NCBI GenBank assembly: GCA_963700285.1
Contig: CAVOXA010000010.1
Location: forward strand, 288,001-352,000
DNA length: 64,000 bases
Source: an uncultured Chloroflexia bacterium
GTDB lineage: Bacteria > Chloroflexota > Anaerolineae > JAAYZQ01
Reading direction: 5' to 3'
Shown: piece after piece, positions 10,048-20,682 of the stretch
How the letters are laid out: the number at the start of each line of letters is the position of its first letter
How positions within the stretch are numbered: position 1 is the stretch's first letter
Notes under the pieces: model-generated
The model's database searches: none
Seen by the model: only the letters and a program-made list of their open reading frames with translations
Told to the model about the DNA's origin: nothing
Program-made: the position numbers and the translations under genes

Positions 10048-11058
10048 TCAGGTCTGGTCCACCCGGGGAACCAAATTGTCCCGTACTTCGTCGACGACGG
10101 CATAGAAACAGAGCCAGTCCCCGGTGAGGACCATGGGGCGGAAGCGCAGGCCAAAAACCATACCGTCCTCGGGCGCCCGCACGACCTCGATCTCATCGCC
10201 GTACAGATTATAGATGTGGCCCAACAGGGTCCCCTTTTCCATGGGTACGCGCAGCCGGACATCCTCGCCTATCCACAGGCCGCTCTCATTGGCCAGCAGG
10301 GCGATCTGGTGGCCCCGCTGCCATGTCTCCGGATACTGGGCCTGGCCAGCGATCATGCCATAGTGGCGCATTACGTTGAGATAGGCATCGGAGAGCCGAC
10401 GGCCAACGTCGTGAAAGTCGGTGGTCAGCATCTTGCACCAGCCGCCCAACTCCACGGTGATGGCCCCGTGGCCTTCTTGGGCCAGCATCGAGGAGGGGCT
10501 GCCCCGCCCCACGCCGCTGGTGTTGACCAGATCCCAGTCGGGTCCCATCGCGCCGGCCAGTTCCAGGCACCGGGGCGTCTCGGCAGCAAAGATGGTCGTA
10601 TCCAGGAAGGAATGGTCGCCACCCGAATGGATGGCAATATGCAGGTCACAGGTGTCTTTGACCGCTTCCCAGTGCGCCCAGGCGACACGGTCGGTAGCAT
10701 AGCCATCAGGGCTACCGGGGTAGATGCGATTCATGTCATAAGTGAACGTGTCACGCGGATCGCCGCGGTCGCCGCGCATAAAGGCCTCGATGTTCATCAC
10801 GGGTACAGCTACCAGGGTACCCACCATCTGTTTGGGATCGAGCTGGGGCAGGGTAAGCATGATCGAGTAGGGGCCTTCGGGCTCGTCGCCATGGGTCGCA
10901 CCACTGATCCAGAGGCGGGGACCATCCTCCATGCCCCGGTAGACGATGATGGGCAATTCCCGCTCGCGCCCATACATGTCAGGCCCAATGGGGATCCCGC
11001 CGCGTTTGGCTTCTCCGGGCATGACCGATACTGTTCCGATCTCTAAGGGTTCTGTCAT
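10048..11058 (-). CDS. Succinylglutamate desuccinylase/aspartoacylase family deacylase
   Basis: THGDE (HxxE), DMNRIYPG, IHSG, TVELGG, C-terminal barrel-sandwich region. AGGAGG RBS. Confidence 0.88.
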   Translation of the reverse strand: MTEPLEIGTVSVMPGEAKRGGIPIGPDMYGRERELPIIVYRGMEDGPRLWISGATHGDEPEGPYSIMLTLPQLDPKQMVGTLVAVPVMNIEAFMRGDRGDPRDTFTYDMNRIYPGSPDGYATDRVAWAHWEAVKDTCDLHIAIHSGGDHSFLDTTIFAAETPRCLELAGAMGPDWDLVNTSGVGRGSPSSMLAQEGHGAITVELGGWCKMLTTDFHDVGRRLSDAYLNVMRHYGMIAGQAQYPETWQRGHQIALLANESGLWIGEDVRLRVPMEKGTLLGHIYNLYGDEIEVVRAPEDGMVFGLRFRPMVLTGDWLCFYAVVDEVRDNLVPRVDQT

Positions 11059-11140
11059 ACTTGACCTCCTAGCACTTGATAATAACGTTACCACGATTTC
11101 GGCGAATACGCCCGCGCATGGGTGCGGGTTAGCGCTTGAA

Positions 11141-12307
11141 CTAACTGCGCGCGCGTCCGTCCAAAACGCGCGTCATCCGGGCCGCAGCTTCCTGGAGCCG
11201 TTCTTTGGACGTAAGGAAGGATATGCGCAAGTGCTGGCCCCATAGGTCGCCAAAGGAGTTACCGGGAAAGACCAGCACGCGTCCATCTCTGAGGAAGTGG
11301 TAGGACAATTCCTCGGCCGGCATGCCCGTACTGGAGGCATTGGGAAAGACATAGAAGGCGCCCTTGGGCCGGCCGTAAACAAAGCCCATCCCGTCAAGCC
11401 CCGCCATGAGGACGCAGCGCCGCTCGTCGTAGATGCGCCTGTACTCCTCGACGCAGTCCTGGGGGCCGTTCAAGGCTGCAGTGGCCGCCCACTGCGAGAC
11501 CACCGATGTTGCGCGGCTGGCCGTGCTCTTGAAGCCTCGCATGGCATCGACAAGCGGCGCAGGAGCGGCGACGTACCCTATGCGCCAGCCGGTCATAGCA
11601 TAGGCCTTGGATACGGCGTTGAGGGTGATGGCCCGCTCCTTCATACCGGGTAGTGAGGCGATGCTTAGATGGACCGCATCATCATACAGGTAGCGATCAT
11701 AGATCTCGTCAGAGATAACGATGAGGTTGCGCTCCTGAGCGATCTCGGCCAGCCGCCGGATATGCTCAGGAGAGATCACACCAGAGGTGGGGTTGCTGGG
11801 CGTCACCAGAAGAAGCGCTTTGCTGTTGGGCGTGATGCGCGCTTCCACCTCCTCAGGACGCAGGTCAAAATCATCCTCTTCGTAGGTCGGCACGGACACT
11901 ATCTTTCCGCCGGCCAGGTTGATGGCCCCATCGTAGGAGGTGTACCTGGGGTCGGGCATCAAGATCTCGTCGCCAGGGTTCACCAGCGCCTGTATGAGGA
12001 AGAACAATGCTTCCTGGCCGCCCGTCGTAACCTGAACCTCTGTTTCAGGATCGACCAGGATATTGTTATCGCGGCGCAGCTTGCCGGCGATGGCCTGCCT
12101 GAGTTCGAGCAGACCCTGGGGCGGAGGAACTTCCAGCGCCAGGCCCCAACGCAGGGCATCCTGGGCTGCCTGGACGATGTGCCGCGGTGTGTCGAGATCA
12201 GGGTCGCCCCGGCCCAAGGTGATCACGTCGTCCATGGCGGCGGCCATCTCCATCATCTTGTAGCGTAGCTGCGTACCGCTGTCGGACACTTTTTTCTGGC
12301 CGCTCAT
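11141..12307 (-). CDS. PLP-dependent aminotransferase class I/II (intact)
   Basis: GDPD, GGQEAL, PSNPT, DEIY, SKAYAMTGWRIG with the Schiff-base Lys. Confidence 0.92.
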   Translation of the reverse strand: MSGQKKVSDSGTQLRYKMMEMAAAMDDVITLGRGDPDLDTPRHIVQAAQDALRWGLALEVPPPQGLLELRQAIAGKLRRDNNILVDPETEVQVTTGGQEALFFLIQALVNPGDEILMPDPRYTSYDGAINLAGGKIVSVPTYEEDDFDLRPEEVEARITPNSKALLLVTPSNPTSGVISPEHIRRLAEIAQERNLIVISDEIYDRYLYDDAVHLSIASLPGMKERAITLNAVSKAYAMTGWRIGYVAAPAPLVDAMRGFKSTASRATSVVSQWAATAALNGPQDCVEEYRRIYDERRCVLMAGLDGMGFVYGRPKGAFYVFPNASSTGMPAEELSYHFLRDGRVLVFPGNSFGDLWGQHLRISFLTSKERLQEAAARMTRVLDGRARS

Positions 12308-13509
12308 TGCCCACCCCCAATCCCATGTCCCAGCGCCTGTCGCATGCGGCGCATCGCCTGCTCCAGTTCTGAGAAGGTGGGCCACAGGGAGAGCCGGACA
12401 TGGCCACCTCCCTGCGAACCGAAGCGGCTGCCAGGCATCGTCATGACGCCCGCCTGGCCAAGCAGCCAGGCAGCAAAATCCTCTGAAGAGCGGCCGGTAC
12501 CGCGTACATCCACAAACAGGTATGGCGTGGCGACCGGCTGGCTATGGGGCAATCTCATGCCATCCAAAGCTGCAAGCACGTACCGCCTCTTGGCATCCAG
12601 CTCGGCCCTTCTGTGCAGCAGCCAGTCCTGCGAGCCGGTGACGGCCTCTAGCGCTGCATACTGGGACATGGCACTGGTGCAGATGGTCATGGCCTGCCTC
12701 AGGTTGCGCACCGGCGCCACCAGTGACCGGGCACCTGCAAAGTAGCCCACCCGCCAGCCAGCCAGAGCATGGAGCCTCGAAAAACTGCCCACAACGACCG
12801 TTCGCTGGGCCGCTTCAGGGAAAGAGACGATACTCGTGTGGCGTACGTCGCCGTTCAAGGATTCGTCCAACGATTCGTCAGCGATGACGGTTAGATGACG
12901 CTCCTGGACCAGCTCGGCGACACGGGCCATCTCATCCGCCGGGATAATCGCACCTGTAGGATCAGCAGGATCTCTCAGCAGCAGGACACGGCTCTTGGGC
13001 CCAAGAGCTTGGCGAATACGATCTGCCGTCATCACAAAGCCATCATCCGCCAGAAGGGGAACTGGGACGACGTCTCCCCCAGCCAGGCGGATGGCTTCAT
13101 CGACCCAAGCCGGGCGCAGAGCAGGGACAAGAACCTCAGTCTCCGGCTGCGCCAGCACCTGAAGGGCGATAAAGACCCCCTCTCGTCCCCCGCAGGAGAT
13201 GACCACCTCGGTGGCGGGGTCGACTGTGAAGCCTTGCTCACTTTCCAGCTTACGGGCCACAGCCTGGGCCAATGCTGGCAGGCCAGACCGGGTGGTATAG
13301 TGCGTCTCACCTTCGTCGAGCGAGAGCACCACCGCCTGGATCACGTTCTGGGGGAGCAGGCCAGGCCCATAGTCCGTACTCAAATCGAGGATCCCAGCAA
13401 AGCCGGATTGCCCGGGCTGCGCCTGCGGCGGCGGCGTCACACTCCAGTCTCTGGCCCGTCTGGCAAGGGCAGCCGCCATCGGGCCCGGATCGGCACCTGT
13501 TTTCTCCAT
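12304..13509 (-). CDS. Class I/II aminotransferase homologue lacking the PLP lysine (probable pseudoenzyme)
   Basis: SFSRLHALAGWRVG (K to R), DPADPTG instead of NPxNPTG, DESL instead of DExY. Its stop overlaps the next ATG. Confidence 0.8.
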   Translation of the reverse strand: MEKTGADPGPMAAALARRARDWSVTPPPQAQPGQSGFAGILDLSTDYGPGLLPQNVIQAVVLSLDEGETHYTTRSGLPALAQAVARKLESEQGFTVDPATEVVISCGGREGVFIALQVLAQPETEVLVPALRPAWVDEAIRLAGGDVVPVPLLADDGFVMTADRIRQALGPKSRVLLLRDPADPTGAIIPADEMARVAELVQERHLTVIADESLDESLNGDVRHTSIVSFPEAAQRTVVVGSFSRLHALAGWRVGYFAGARSLVAPVRNLRQAMTICTSAMSQYAALEAVTGSQDWLLHRRAELDAKRRYVLAALDGMRLPHSQPVATPYLFVDVRGTGRSSEDFAAWLLGQAGVMTMPGSRFGSQGGGHVRLSLWPTFSELEQAMRRMRQALGHGIGGGQ

Positions 13510-13570
13510 GGAACACACATCCCTTCCAGTCACTGGCTACCACACCCGATGCGGTAGCAGGCATTGAGAC

Positions 13571-14452
13571 TCAGCGATAGGCGCCCAGGCCCATCAAACG
13601 GGCCACATTGGCCTGAGGGGCATGGACGGGCAGGATCTCGCTGCCGGAACCCGTCATGAACATTGTCATCCCTGGGCCAAAGCCGGTACGTACGCTGTCG
13701 CCATGTCCAACGATGCCGACGCTCATGGCACCCCGCCAGTAGCCCGGAGCATAGAGACACTCATAGTCTTCCACGGCAATGATGTCGCCCAGCCTGAGAT
13801 CCTGCAGAGCATATTTCTCCACCACACCGGGCGAGCCGGTCTGGATTTGAAGACAGCCACCGTCACTATCCAGCCCAGTGCCAGCACCCATAAGCTCAGC
13901 CGGGAGGGTGGCCACAACCGGTACCTGGAGCTGGCCACCCGACTCGGTGATGCCGATCATTTCCAGGAGAGCAGGATCTATGTTCTTCACCTCGATACCG
14001 GCAAAGCCCTCGATGGCCGCGCCGCGGCCAAATGCTTTGACCACGATGGGATCTCCAACAGCAAGGTCGTCCAGCGCCTCGGGCGGAAAGTCAATGATGA
14101 CGTGGTCCATAAAGCGCCCGCTCTTGCCGGTAACGGTGCCCTTGGCCCCTTTGGCCCGGCCAGACATGACCACAGCTTCATTGCCAACGGAGGCGTAGAC
14201 CTTGAGCGCCCTGTGGGCGGCGGCGTCCTGGGCTCGAATACTCACCCCGGGCTCGATCAGTTCCGCGGCCCAACCGAGCGCCGGGTCACCACTGCGCACA
14301 TTGTACACAATGCCACCGTTTAGCGGCAGCAGCGAAGGCTTACCTTCGCGCGAGATAAAGTGGGGGTTCCAGGGAACAGAGGGGAATCGCGGCGCGTCAA
14401 CCTGACCCATGACCGAGATCCGGACCAACCTTTTTTTGTTTGTGGTTATCAT
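13571..14452 (-). CDS. DUF4438 (TM1086-like) family protein
   Basis: TNKKRLV, GGIVYNVRSGD, EPGVS, GNEA, LRLGD, HGD...GPG pattern. Confidence 0.8.
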   Translation of the reverse strand: MITTNKKRLVRISVMGQVDAPRFPSVPWNPHFISREGKPSLLPLNGGIVYNVRSGDPALGWAAELIEPGVSIRAQDAAAHRALKVYASVGNEAVVMSGRAKGAKGTVTGKSGRFMDHVIIDFPPEALDDLAVGDPIVVKAFGRGAAIEGFAGIEVKNIDPALLEMIGITESGGQLQVPVVATLPAELMGAGTGLDSDGGCLQIQTGSPGVVEKYALQDLRLGDIIAVEDYECLYAPGYWRGAMSVGIVGHGDSVRTGFGPGMTMFMTGSGSEILPVHAPQANVARLMGLGAYR

Positions 14453-14465
14453 TTGATGCTCTCCT

Positions 14466-15391
14466 CTATGCCCATCGACCAAAGTTCAGATAGTTGGCGA
14501 TATTTGCGTCCGAGTCAATACGGGGTACGATATGCGGGGTCGGGCAGGATAGCAGCGTCATGACCCCGGGACCGTGCCCCGTCATGAAACAATCGCCATG
14601 GTTGATCAAGCCGATGACAACAGCCCCCTCTTGATAGCCGCGCCCGTAGGTGTGATCTTGATCCTGGATCGCTACCAAGTCACCGAGGCGCAGATCCGTC
14701 AGTCCAAGCTCGCGCATCAGGGCCCGATCCTCGGTGGCCATATCCTGGTCCACGAACTCTGGGAACAGCTCCATGCCCGAACCCATGATCTGGGGCGGGA
14801 ACATGTGCGTCACCGGCACGCTCAGCTTGCCATCACCCGTGGGTTCCAGGGGCAGGGACTCGATCAACTGCGGGCTGCACTTTCGCACGCTGATGTGGGG
14901 GTAGTCAAGCAACTCCAACCCGAGGCCGTAGGTTTTGATGAGAATCCTGTCGCCGACACACATATAGTCCAGGTGTTCGGGCTCAAAATCGATGAGCAAG
15001 CGGGCATGCTCTCCTGAAACCATGCCAGTGGCTCCCGCCGCTTCACCAGAGACGACGACAGCCTGGTTGCCCACACAGGTCAAATAGTGCATGGCATAGT
15101 CTTGCTGCTCGTCCGGGTTGTGGATCGACACCCCCGGCTCTAGATGGTCGGCTTCCCAGCCAAAGGCTGGATCGCCAACGCGCACGTTGTAGGCAATCCC
15201 GGCCATGCCGATGGGGATAGTGGAACGGCCAGAGTTGTCCGGTCGATAGCCCGGTCCCAGCTTTGGCGGAGAATCTCTCCCAGTACGGCCATTTCTACCA
15301 GATGGTCTCTATTGGTTTGAATCACTTGGACCTCCGTCACGGGCTCCACCTTTGCGGCGATGGTGGAGGACGCCGTATCGTCGTTCATCAC
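14466..15391 (-). CDS. DUF4438 (TM1086-like) family protein, apparent frameshift near 15272
   Basis: TNRDHLV, GIAYNVRVGD, DHLEPGVS, CVGN, LRLGD, HGDC...GHGPG. One missing T in ATT(T)CT joins the two frames. Confidence 0.8.
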
Positions 15392-16551
15392 GATGTCGCT
15401 AACAGGTTATGAACCACATATTTGATCTGGTCCGCAGTCAACTCGGGGAACATGGGCAGGCACAACAGTTCCTTTGCGACTTGCTCGGTCACAGGCAGAT
15501 CTCCTTCCCTGTATCCCTGCTCGCGGTAGATCGACTGCAGGTGCACCGGAGGCGTATAGAGCACGTTGGTATGGATGCCCTCTTTGGCCAGACGTATCCG
15601 GACCTCATCACGGCTCCCAACACGAATCACATAGTTGCGATAGACGTGCTCGTATCCCTCGGGAGCATAGGGCGTCCGCACATTCGCTCCAGCCAGTAGC
15701 TCGCTGTATGTGGCGGCCACCTCACGCCGGCGCGCGATCCAACCCTCGACGTGGCGCAGCTTGGTGTGCAGGACCGCAGCCTGGAGGGTATCCAGGTGGT
15801 TGTGATAGCCTTCTACCTCATGTTCCAGGGGCTGGAGCAATGTGACCGGTCCAACCTGCTCAAAGCGCCGCCGCTCACCATAGCTGCCCCACAATCGGAC
15901 CCTGTCGGCCAGCTCGGGGTCGTCGGTGACCACCATGCCCCCATCTCCGTAGGCGCCGAGGATCTTGTGGGGTGCGAAACTGAAGCAACCCAGGTGGCCC
16001 ATACTGCCAGCCAGCCGGCCACGGTAGCGGGCGCCAAAGGCCAGTGCCGCGTCCTCGACCACCAGCAGGTCGTGCCTCCCCGCAATATCGAGGATGGGCT
16101 CCATGTCGGCCGGCAGGCCATAGAGATGGATAGGCATGATAGCCCGGGTCCGAGCTGTGATTTTGGCCTCTATCAGGGTGGGATCGATGTTAAAAGTCCG
16201 CGCATCGATATCGACGAAAACCGGTGTTGCCCCCGTATGGCTAATGGCCGAGGCCGAAGCCACATCTGTGTTCGCCGCCGTAATCACCTCGTCACCCGGT
16301 CCCAGGCCGCCGGCCTTGAGCGCCAGGAAGAGGGCCGCGTATCCCGAGCCTACACCGATGGCATGCCGTGCTCCACAGGCACGGGCGAATGCTGCCTCAA
16401 AAGAGCCCAGTTCCTCGCCCCGCTCGAATTCACCGCTGTCCAACACACGCTGGATGGCGGCGTCAAGCTCCTCTTTGATGGATGCATACTGCAGCCGGAG
16501 ATCGCCATACGGCACGACCAGGTCTGAAGCCGATCTGCCCGCTTTGTCCAT
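15388..16551 (-). CDS. DegT/DnrJ/EryC1/StrS family aminotransferase
   Basis: IHLYG, EDAA, SFAPHKILGAYGDGG, LDTLQAA, LCLPMFP. Confidence 0.92.
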   Translation of the reverse strand: MDKAGRSASDLVVPYGDLRLQYASIKEELDAAIQRVLDSGEFERGEELGSFEAAFARACGARHAIGVGSGYAALFLALKAGGLGPGDEVITAANTDVASASAISHTGATPVFVDIDARTFNIDPTLIEAKITARTRAIMPIHLYGLPADMEPILDIAGRHDLLVVEDAALAFGARYRGRLAGSMGHLGCFSFAPHKILGAYGDGGMVVTDDPELADRVRLWGSYGERRRFEQVGPVTLLQPLEHEVEGYHNHLDTLQAAVLHTKLRHVEGWIARRREVAATYSELLAGANVRTPYAPEGYEHVYRNYVIRVGSRDEVRIRLAKEGIHTNVLYTPPVHLQSIYREQGYREGDLPVTEQVAKELLCLPMFPELTADQIKYVVHNLLATS

Positions 16552-16614
16552 CGTTGCTCTGCCTTTCTTCACATCGAGCTTGCCTCGGAAGCCCGGACCC
16601 CCATGAGGACTTGG

Positions 16615-17804
16615 CTAAACCGTCACAGTCAGCGATTCCATGTCCCTGGGATAGTGGGTCAGGCGCTCATGGCCGTCCTCCGTGACCAGGATGGTATCAG
16701 AGTGGCGGAAGCCGGCATCACCCGGGAAATAGAGGCCGGGCTCGCAACTGAACATCATGCCGGGCTCCAGCACGGTCTGGTCGCCGGGATCCAGATAGGG
16801 GTGCTCGTGGGTTTCGATCCCTTTGCCGTGGCCGGCGTGGTGGCGCAGCGCGCCCTCCATGCCATGCTTCCTGGTCACACCCACCACGGCGTCCCACACG
16901 TCGCAGCAGCGGACGCCAGGCTTGACGGCCTCCATGCCCACCGTTTGAGCTTCCAGCATGACCTGGAACCGGGTCTCGTCGATGGGGCGGCGCCGCCCAA
17001 AGAACCCAGAGCGCTCCGTCTCCCCGATATAGTTGCAGACAGCGGTACCGTAGGTGATCATGACTACCGAGTCCGGCTCGAGGCGGGCGGTCCCCTTGGG
17101 ACCATGAGGCAAGGAGCTGGAGCCGCCAAATAAAGTGCGCCCAAATACCAAGCCCTCGGGCGTAGCCGTTAAAGTCAATGATCTCGGGCAGTTCGGCCAG
17201 CATCTTTTGGATGACGGCCTCCTCAGCCTGGCGGTGCACCTCGTACTCGGAGACCCCCTCGCGAAGCAGCGAGAAGCCAACGCCGACCAGGTAGTCACAA
17301 TAGCGGCTGCCCAGCCGCATGAGGGCGATTTCCTCCGGCTGTTTGATCAGCCGCAGCTCAACCAACAACCGGTGGGCATTGCTGCACCCCGTCTCCCAGA
17401 CCTGCCCGGAGGGCCTCGTAGCCCTCGACGGCATCGGACATCACCAGGTTGGCCATATCGACGCCCACACGCTTACCGGAAAAGCCCCGGTCCGCCAACC
17501 TCTGCGCAACCCAGTCCCAATCGCCCTCCGGATAGTCAAAGTAGGTGTCCACGTCCTCCAGCCACGGGGACTTGGCGTGCAACTGGTCGATCTCTAGTTC
17601 TGTGGTGATGGCAAAAACCTGTCCATCGGGCAGAAATCCTATGCCGATGGGCCTCTCCGTGCTCATATGGAAAAAGCCGGTCAGGTAGGCAATGGTCGTC
17701 GCGTCAAAGACCATCAACAGGTCCAAACCGGCGGCGTTGATTCGCTTGAACAACTCCTGGCGCCGGTCGGCATGAAACCCTTGGCTTAGTTTATAGGTCT
17801 CCAT
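16615..17804 (-). CDS. M24 family (creatinase/Xaa-Pro peptidase fold) hydrolase, apparent frameshifts
   Basis: IAYLTGF, STERP, IKQPEEI, HHAGHGKGIETHE, EPGLY, GFRHSDT. Confidence 0.82.
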
Positions 17805-17872
17805 CTTGGATCCTTTCTCACCAGGGCAAACAGTCACCCTGTCTGTTGGTTGCAACGCACACAATATGAGTG

Positions 17873-19101
17873 CTACTTGACTGCCACCCCGCCCTTGAAG
17901 ACCTGGACGATCCTGGCCTCCTCTTGAAGGGTACGGATGTCGACCAGCGGATCACCGTCCAGGATGACGAGGTCTGCATACTTGCCGGGCTCGATGGTAC
18001 CTACCTTCTGGCCCATGTCGAGGCACTCTGCCCCTACCTTGGTAGCGGCGACAATCGCCTCCATGGGCGTGAAACCGAGCTTGACAAATTCCTCCAGCTC
18101 GCGGGCGTTTTGGCCGTGATAGACCAGGAACCCGGCGTCGGTACCAGCGGCGATCTTGACCCCCGCCTTGCGGGCACGTTCCATGGAACCCAGCTTGTCC
18201 TCCTGAGCCCGGAGCAGCCAGGCGTAAACGTCCTCCGGAAGGGGCTCCTCATCCGCCCCCTCGACGCTGAGCGTATTGACCAGCAGGGTAGGCACCAGAA
18301 AGACGTCACGCTCGGCCATCATATCCACCTGCTCCTCCGTGAGCCAGTGGGCGTGTTCCACCGAACTCGACTCCCGCCCGAATGGCATCGGTGAGTCCAG
18401 GCCCCCCGGAGGTGTGGGCCGCTACGCGCTTGTTGCACCAGCGGGCCTCCTCACAGATGGCCGCCATCTCTTCGTAGGTCATCTCCTGGATCCAGGGCGC
18501 ATCCAGGTCATGGCCGCTGCCCCCGCAGGCATTGATCTTGATAAGGTCCACCCCCCACTTGATCTGGGTCCGGGCCGCTTTGCGGCACTCCCAGGGTCCG
18601 TCGCAGACCCCTGTACGGCCGGCAATCGTCACCGCCGGTGACCAATAGGGCTTGTCCATGTGCCCACCGGTGCGGCTCAGCCCCTGACCCGCCACTCGCA
18701 GACGAGGACCCTGTACGGTACCCTCGTCGATGGCGTTGCGCAGGGCAACGTCGACGTAGACCGGGTGAAGCCATGCTCCGCAGAGACGTAAAGCCCATAC
18801 GCAAAGATTGCAGGCCATAGCTGTAGGCTCGCAGGGCAATTGTACCCTCGAACTCGCGTGCCTCGGCGAGGGCATAGTTGGCGCTCGGCCCCCCCGGCGT
18901 GTGAATGTGTACGTGGGCATCGACGAGACCCGGCAGGAGCGTCTTGTCGCCCGCATCCAGTACCTCGGCGCCGGGTGGAATCTCGACCTCTTGGGCCGAG
19001 CTGACCTGGCTGATCTTGTCGCCATCGACGAGCACCACGGCGTCGCTCAGGGGCTCGCCACCGTGGCCGTCGATCAGGGTTCCAACACGGATCGCTAGCA
19101 T
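17873..19101 (-). CDS. Amidohydrolase family protein (Xaa-Pro dipeptidase / imidazolonepropionase-like), apparent frameshifts
   Basis: PGLVDAHVH, VDLIK, VAAHT, VEHA, AGTDAG, GKYADLVILDGDP. Confidence 0.85.
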
Positions 19102-19121
19102 GGCATCTCCATCCTGTCCAC

Positions 19122-20615
19122 CTAATGTCGCCATCCCAACCAAAAACTCTCGTCAGTCTCCAAATAGGGGCTGACGTCAAAGCGGGCAAAGGCCCGGGCT
19201 GCAGCTTCGCGCGCCCCTTCCAGGACCGAAGCCTCGTCCACCGATAGGATTTTTCGGCCCTGCATCAACATCTTGCCGTCGACCAGGACCGTGTCCACAT
19301 CGTTGCCGTTGGCATAGAAAGCCAGCAGGCGCGGCACCATCGAGTCAGGCACCAGGTGGGGCCGGTTCATGTCCACCAGGATGATATCCGCCCGCTTGCC
19401 CATCTCCAGCGAACCAACCTGGTCGTCGAGGCCCAAGCGCACGGGCGGCGTCAATGGTCACCATGCGCAGCGCCTTCCCCGCGGGGATCAACCGAAAGTC
19501 GCCAAACCGCTGTCCACTGGGCCCACATGGCCCGCGAGATCTCTTTGAAGAGATCGTAGGAACAGTAGGGCGCCGTCCCATCAGTGGAGATGGTGACGTT
19601 GGCCCCGGCCTGCAGCAACTCGACCGCAGGACAGACGCCATGGACGATATTCTCGGCTGTAAAGGGCACCAGGGCAACGTTGACACCTTCTTCCCCAAGC
19701 GGCCGAACCTCATCCTCGGCCCAGGCCGTTGCAGTGGGCCAGCACGACGTCCGGCCCCAGCAACCGGCGAACGCGCTCTGGTCCAAAACGCTCCAGCCCA
19801 AAGGTGATCGAGTCCCTGAAGGCGTGGGAGTGGAGCAGGACTTCGTAGCGGTCTGCCAGGTCCCTGATCTCATCCGCCTTTTCGATGATCACGGGCAGAT
19901 GCTCATCGGTGTAGGTAAAAGGGAATTTGGGATGGGTCGCGTGCCGACCAAAGAGGTAGGGATACGTGCAGCGCCGCCTGGACACGACCATCCGCAGCGC
20001 CATGCCAGGCCTCGATGAACGAGACCGAGTTTTGCAGGGCCTGCTCGTAGGTAAATCGGCGCCGGCACAGGCTGGCCACCGTTCCACAGCGTCCCCTACC
20101 AGGGTTCTGGCAGGTGGGACACAAAGGGATCTGGTGGGCCTACGCCCAGCACCCCGCGGATGCCCACCGACTCGACGGCCTCGGCCTGGCGCATGGCAAA
20201 GATCGGGCTATCCATACGGGCCGGCGTCGCACCGACGACGGTCAGGCCGCAGGTCACGCCGAACCTGAGCCGCTCCACGGCAGACAGCAACCCCTCAGCA
20301 GACCACCACTCCTCGTCGGCAGCGTGGAAGTAGAGGTCGTTGGTCGGCCAACCCAGCTCGGGATGGCGGATGGCTTTGATCATACCGTGGCCGGCATGGC
20401 CATAAGTGTCCACCAGGCCGGGCATGACAGCTTTGTACCTGGCATCCAGGATGCTATCGGCCTCAAAGTCCCGGCGCACATCCTGCGATGGAACCGACGG
20501 CAGCGATGGCATTGCCCTGCTACAGCCACTGCGCCATCGCGATGACGCGATGCTGGGGGTCCATGGTCACGACCACGCCCCCTTCGATTATCAGGTCTAC
20601 GCGCTTTCTGTTCAC
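19122..20615 (-). CDS. Amidohydrolase family protein (SAH/MTA deaminase / Atz-Trz-like), many apparent frameshifts
   Basis: GGVVVTMD, MPGLVDT, LHSHA, LAHC, STDG, GSLEMGKRADI, VDTVLVDG. Confidence 0.8.
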
Positions 20616-20682
20616 AGTGCGCTCGTGCCTTTCCAAGAATCCTGGCGAAGGTGCAAACGCTTGCGCCGTCGCCAAGATCGAA

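Noticed and set aside
15388-16551. Polysaccharide or antibiotic biosynthesis cluster suggested by DegT plus epimerase
   Set aside because: No glycosyltransferase, nucleotidyltransferase, flippase or NRPS/PKS gene is present, and the neighbours are hydrolases and importers.
20395-20410. DTYGH instead of DTHGH in an amidohydrolase as another pseudoenzyme
   Set aside because: It is a single C-to-T difference in an error-rich stretch and the other ligands are present, so the evidence is insufficient.
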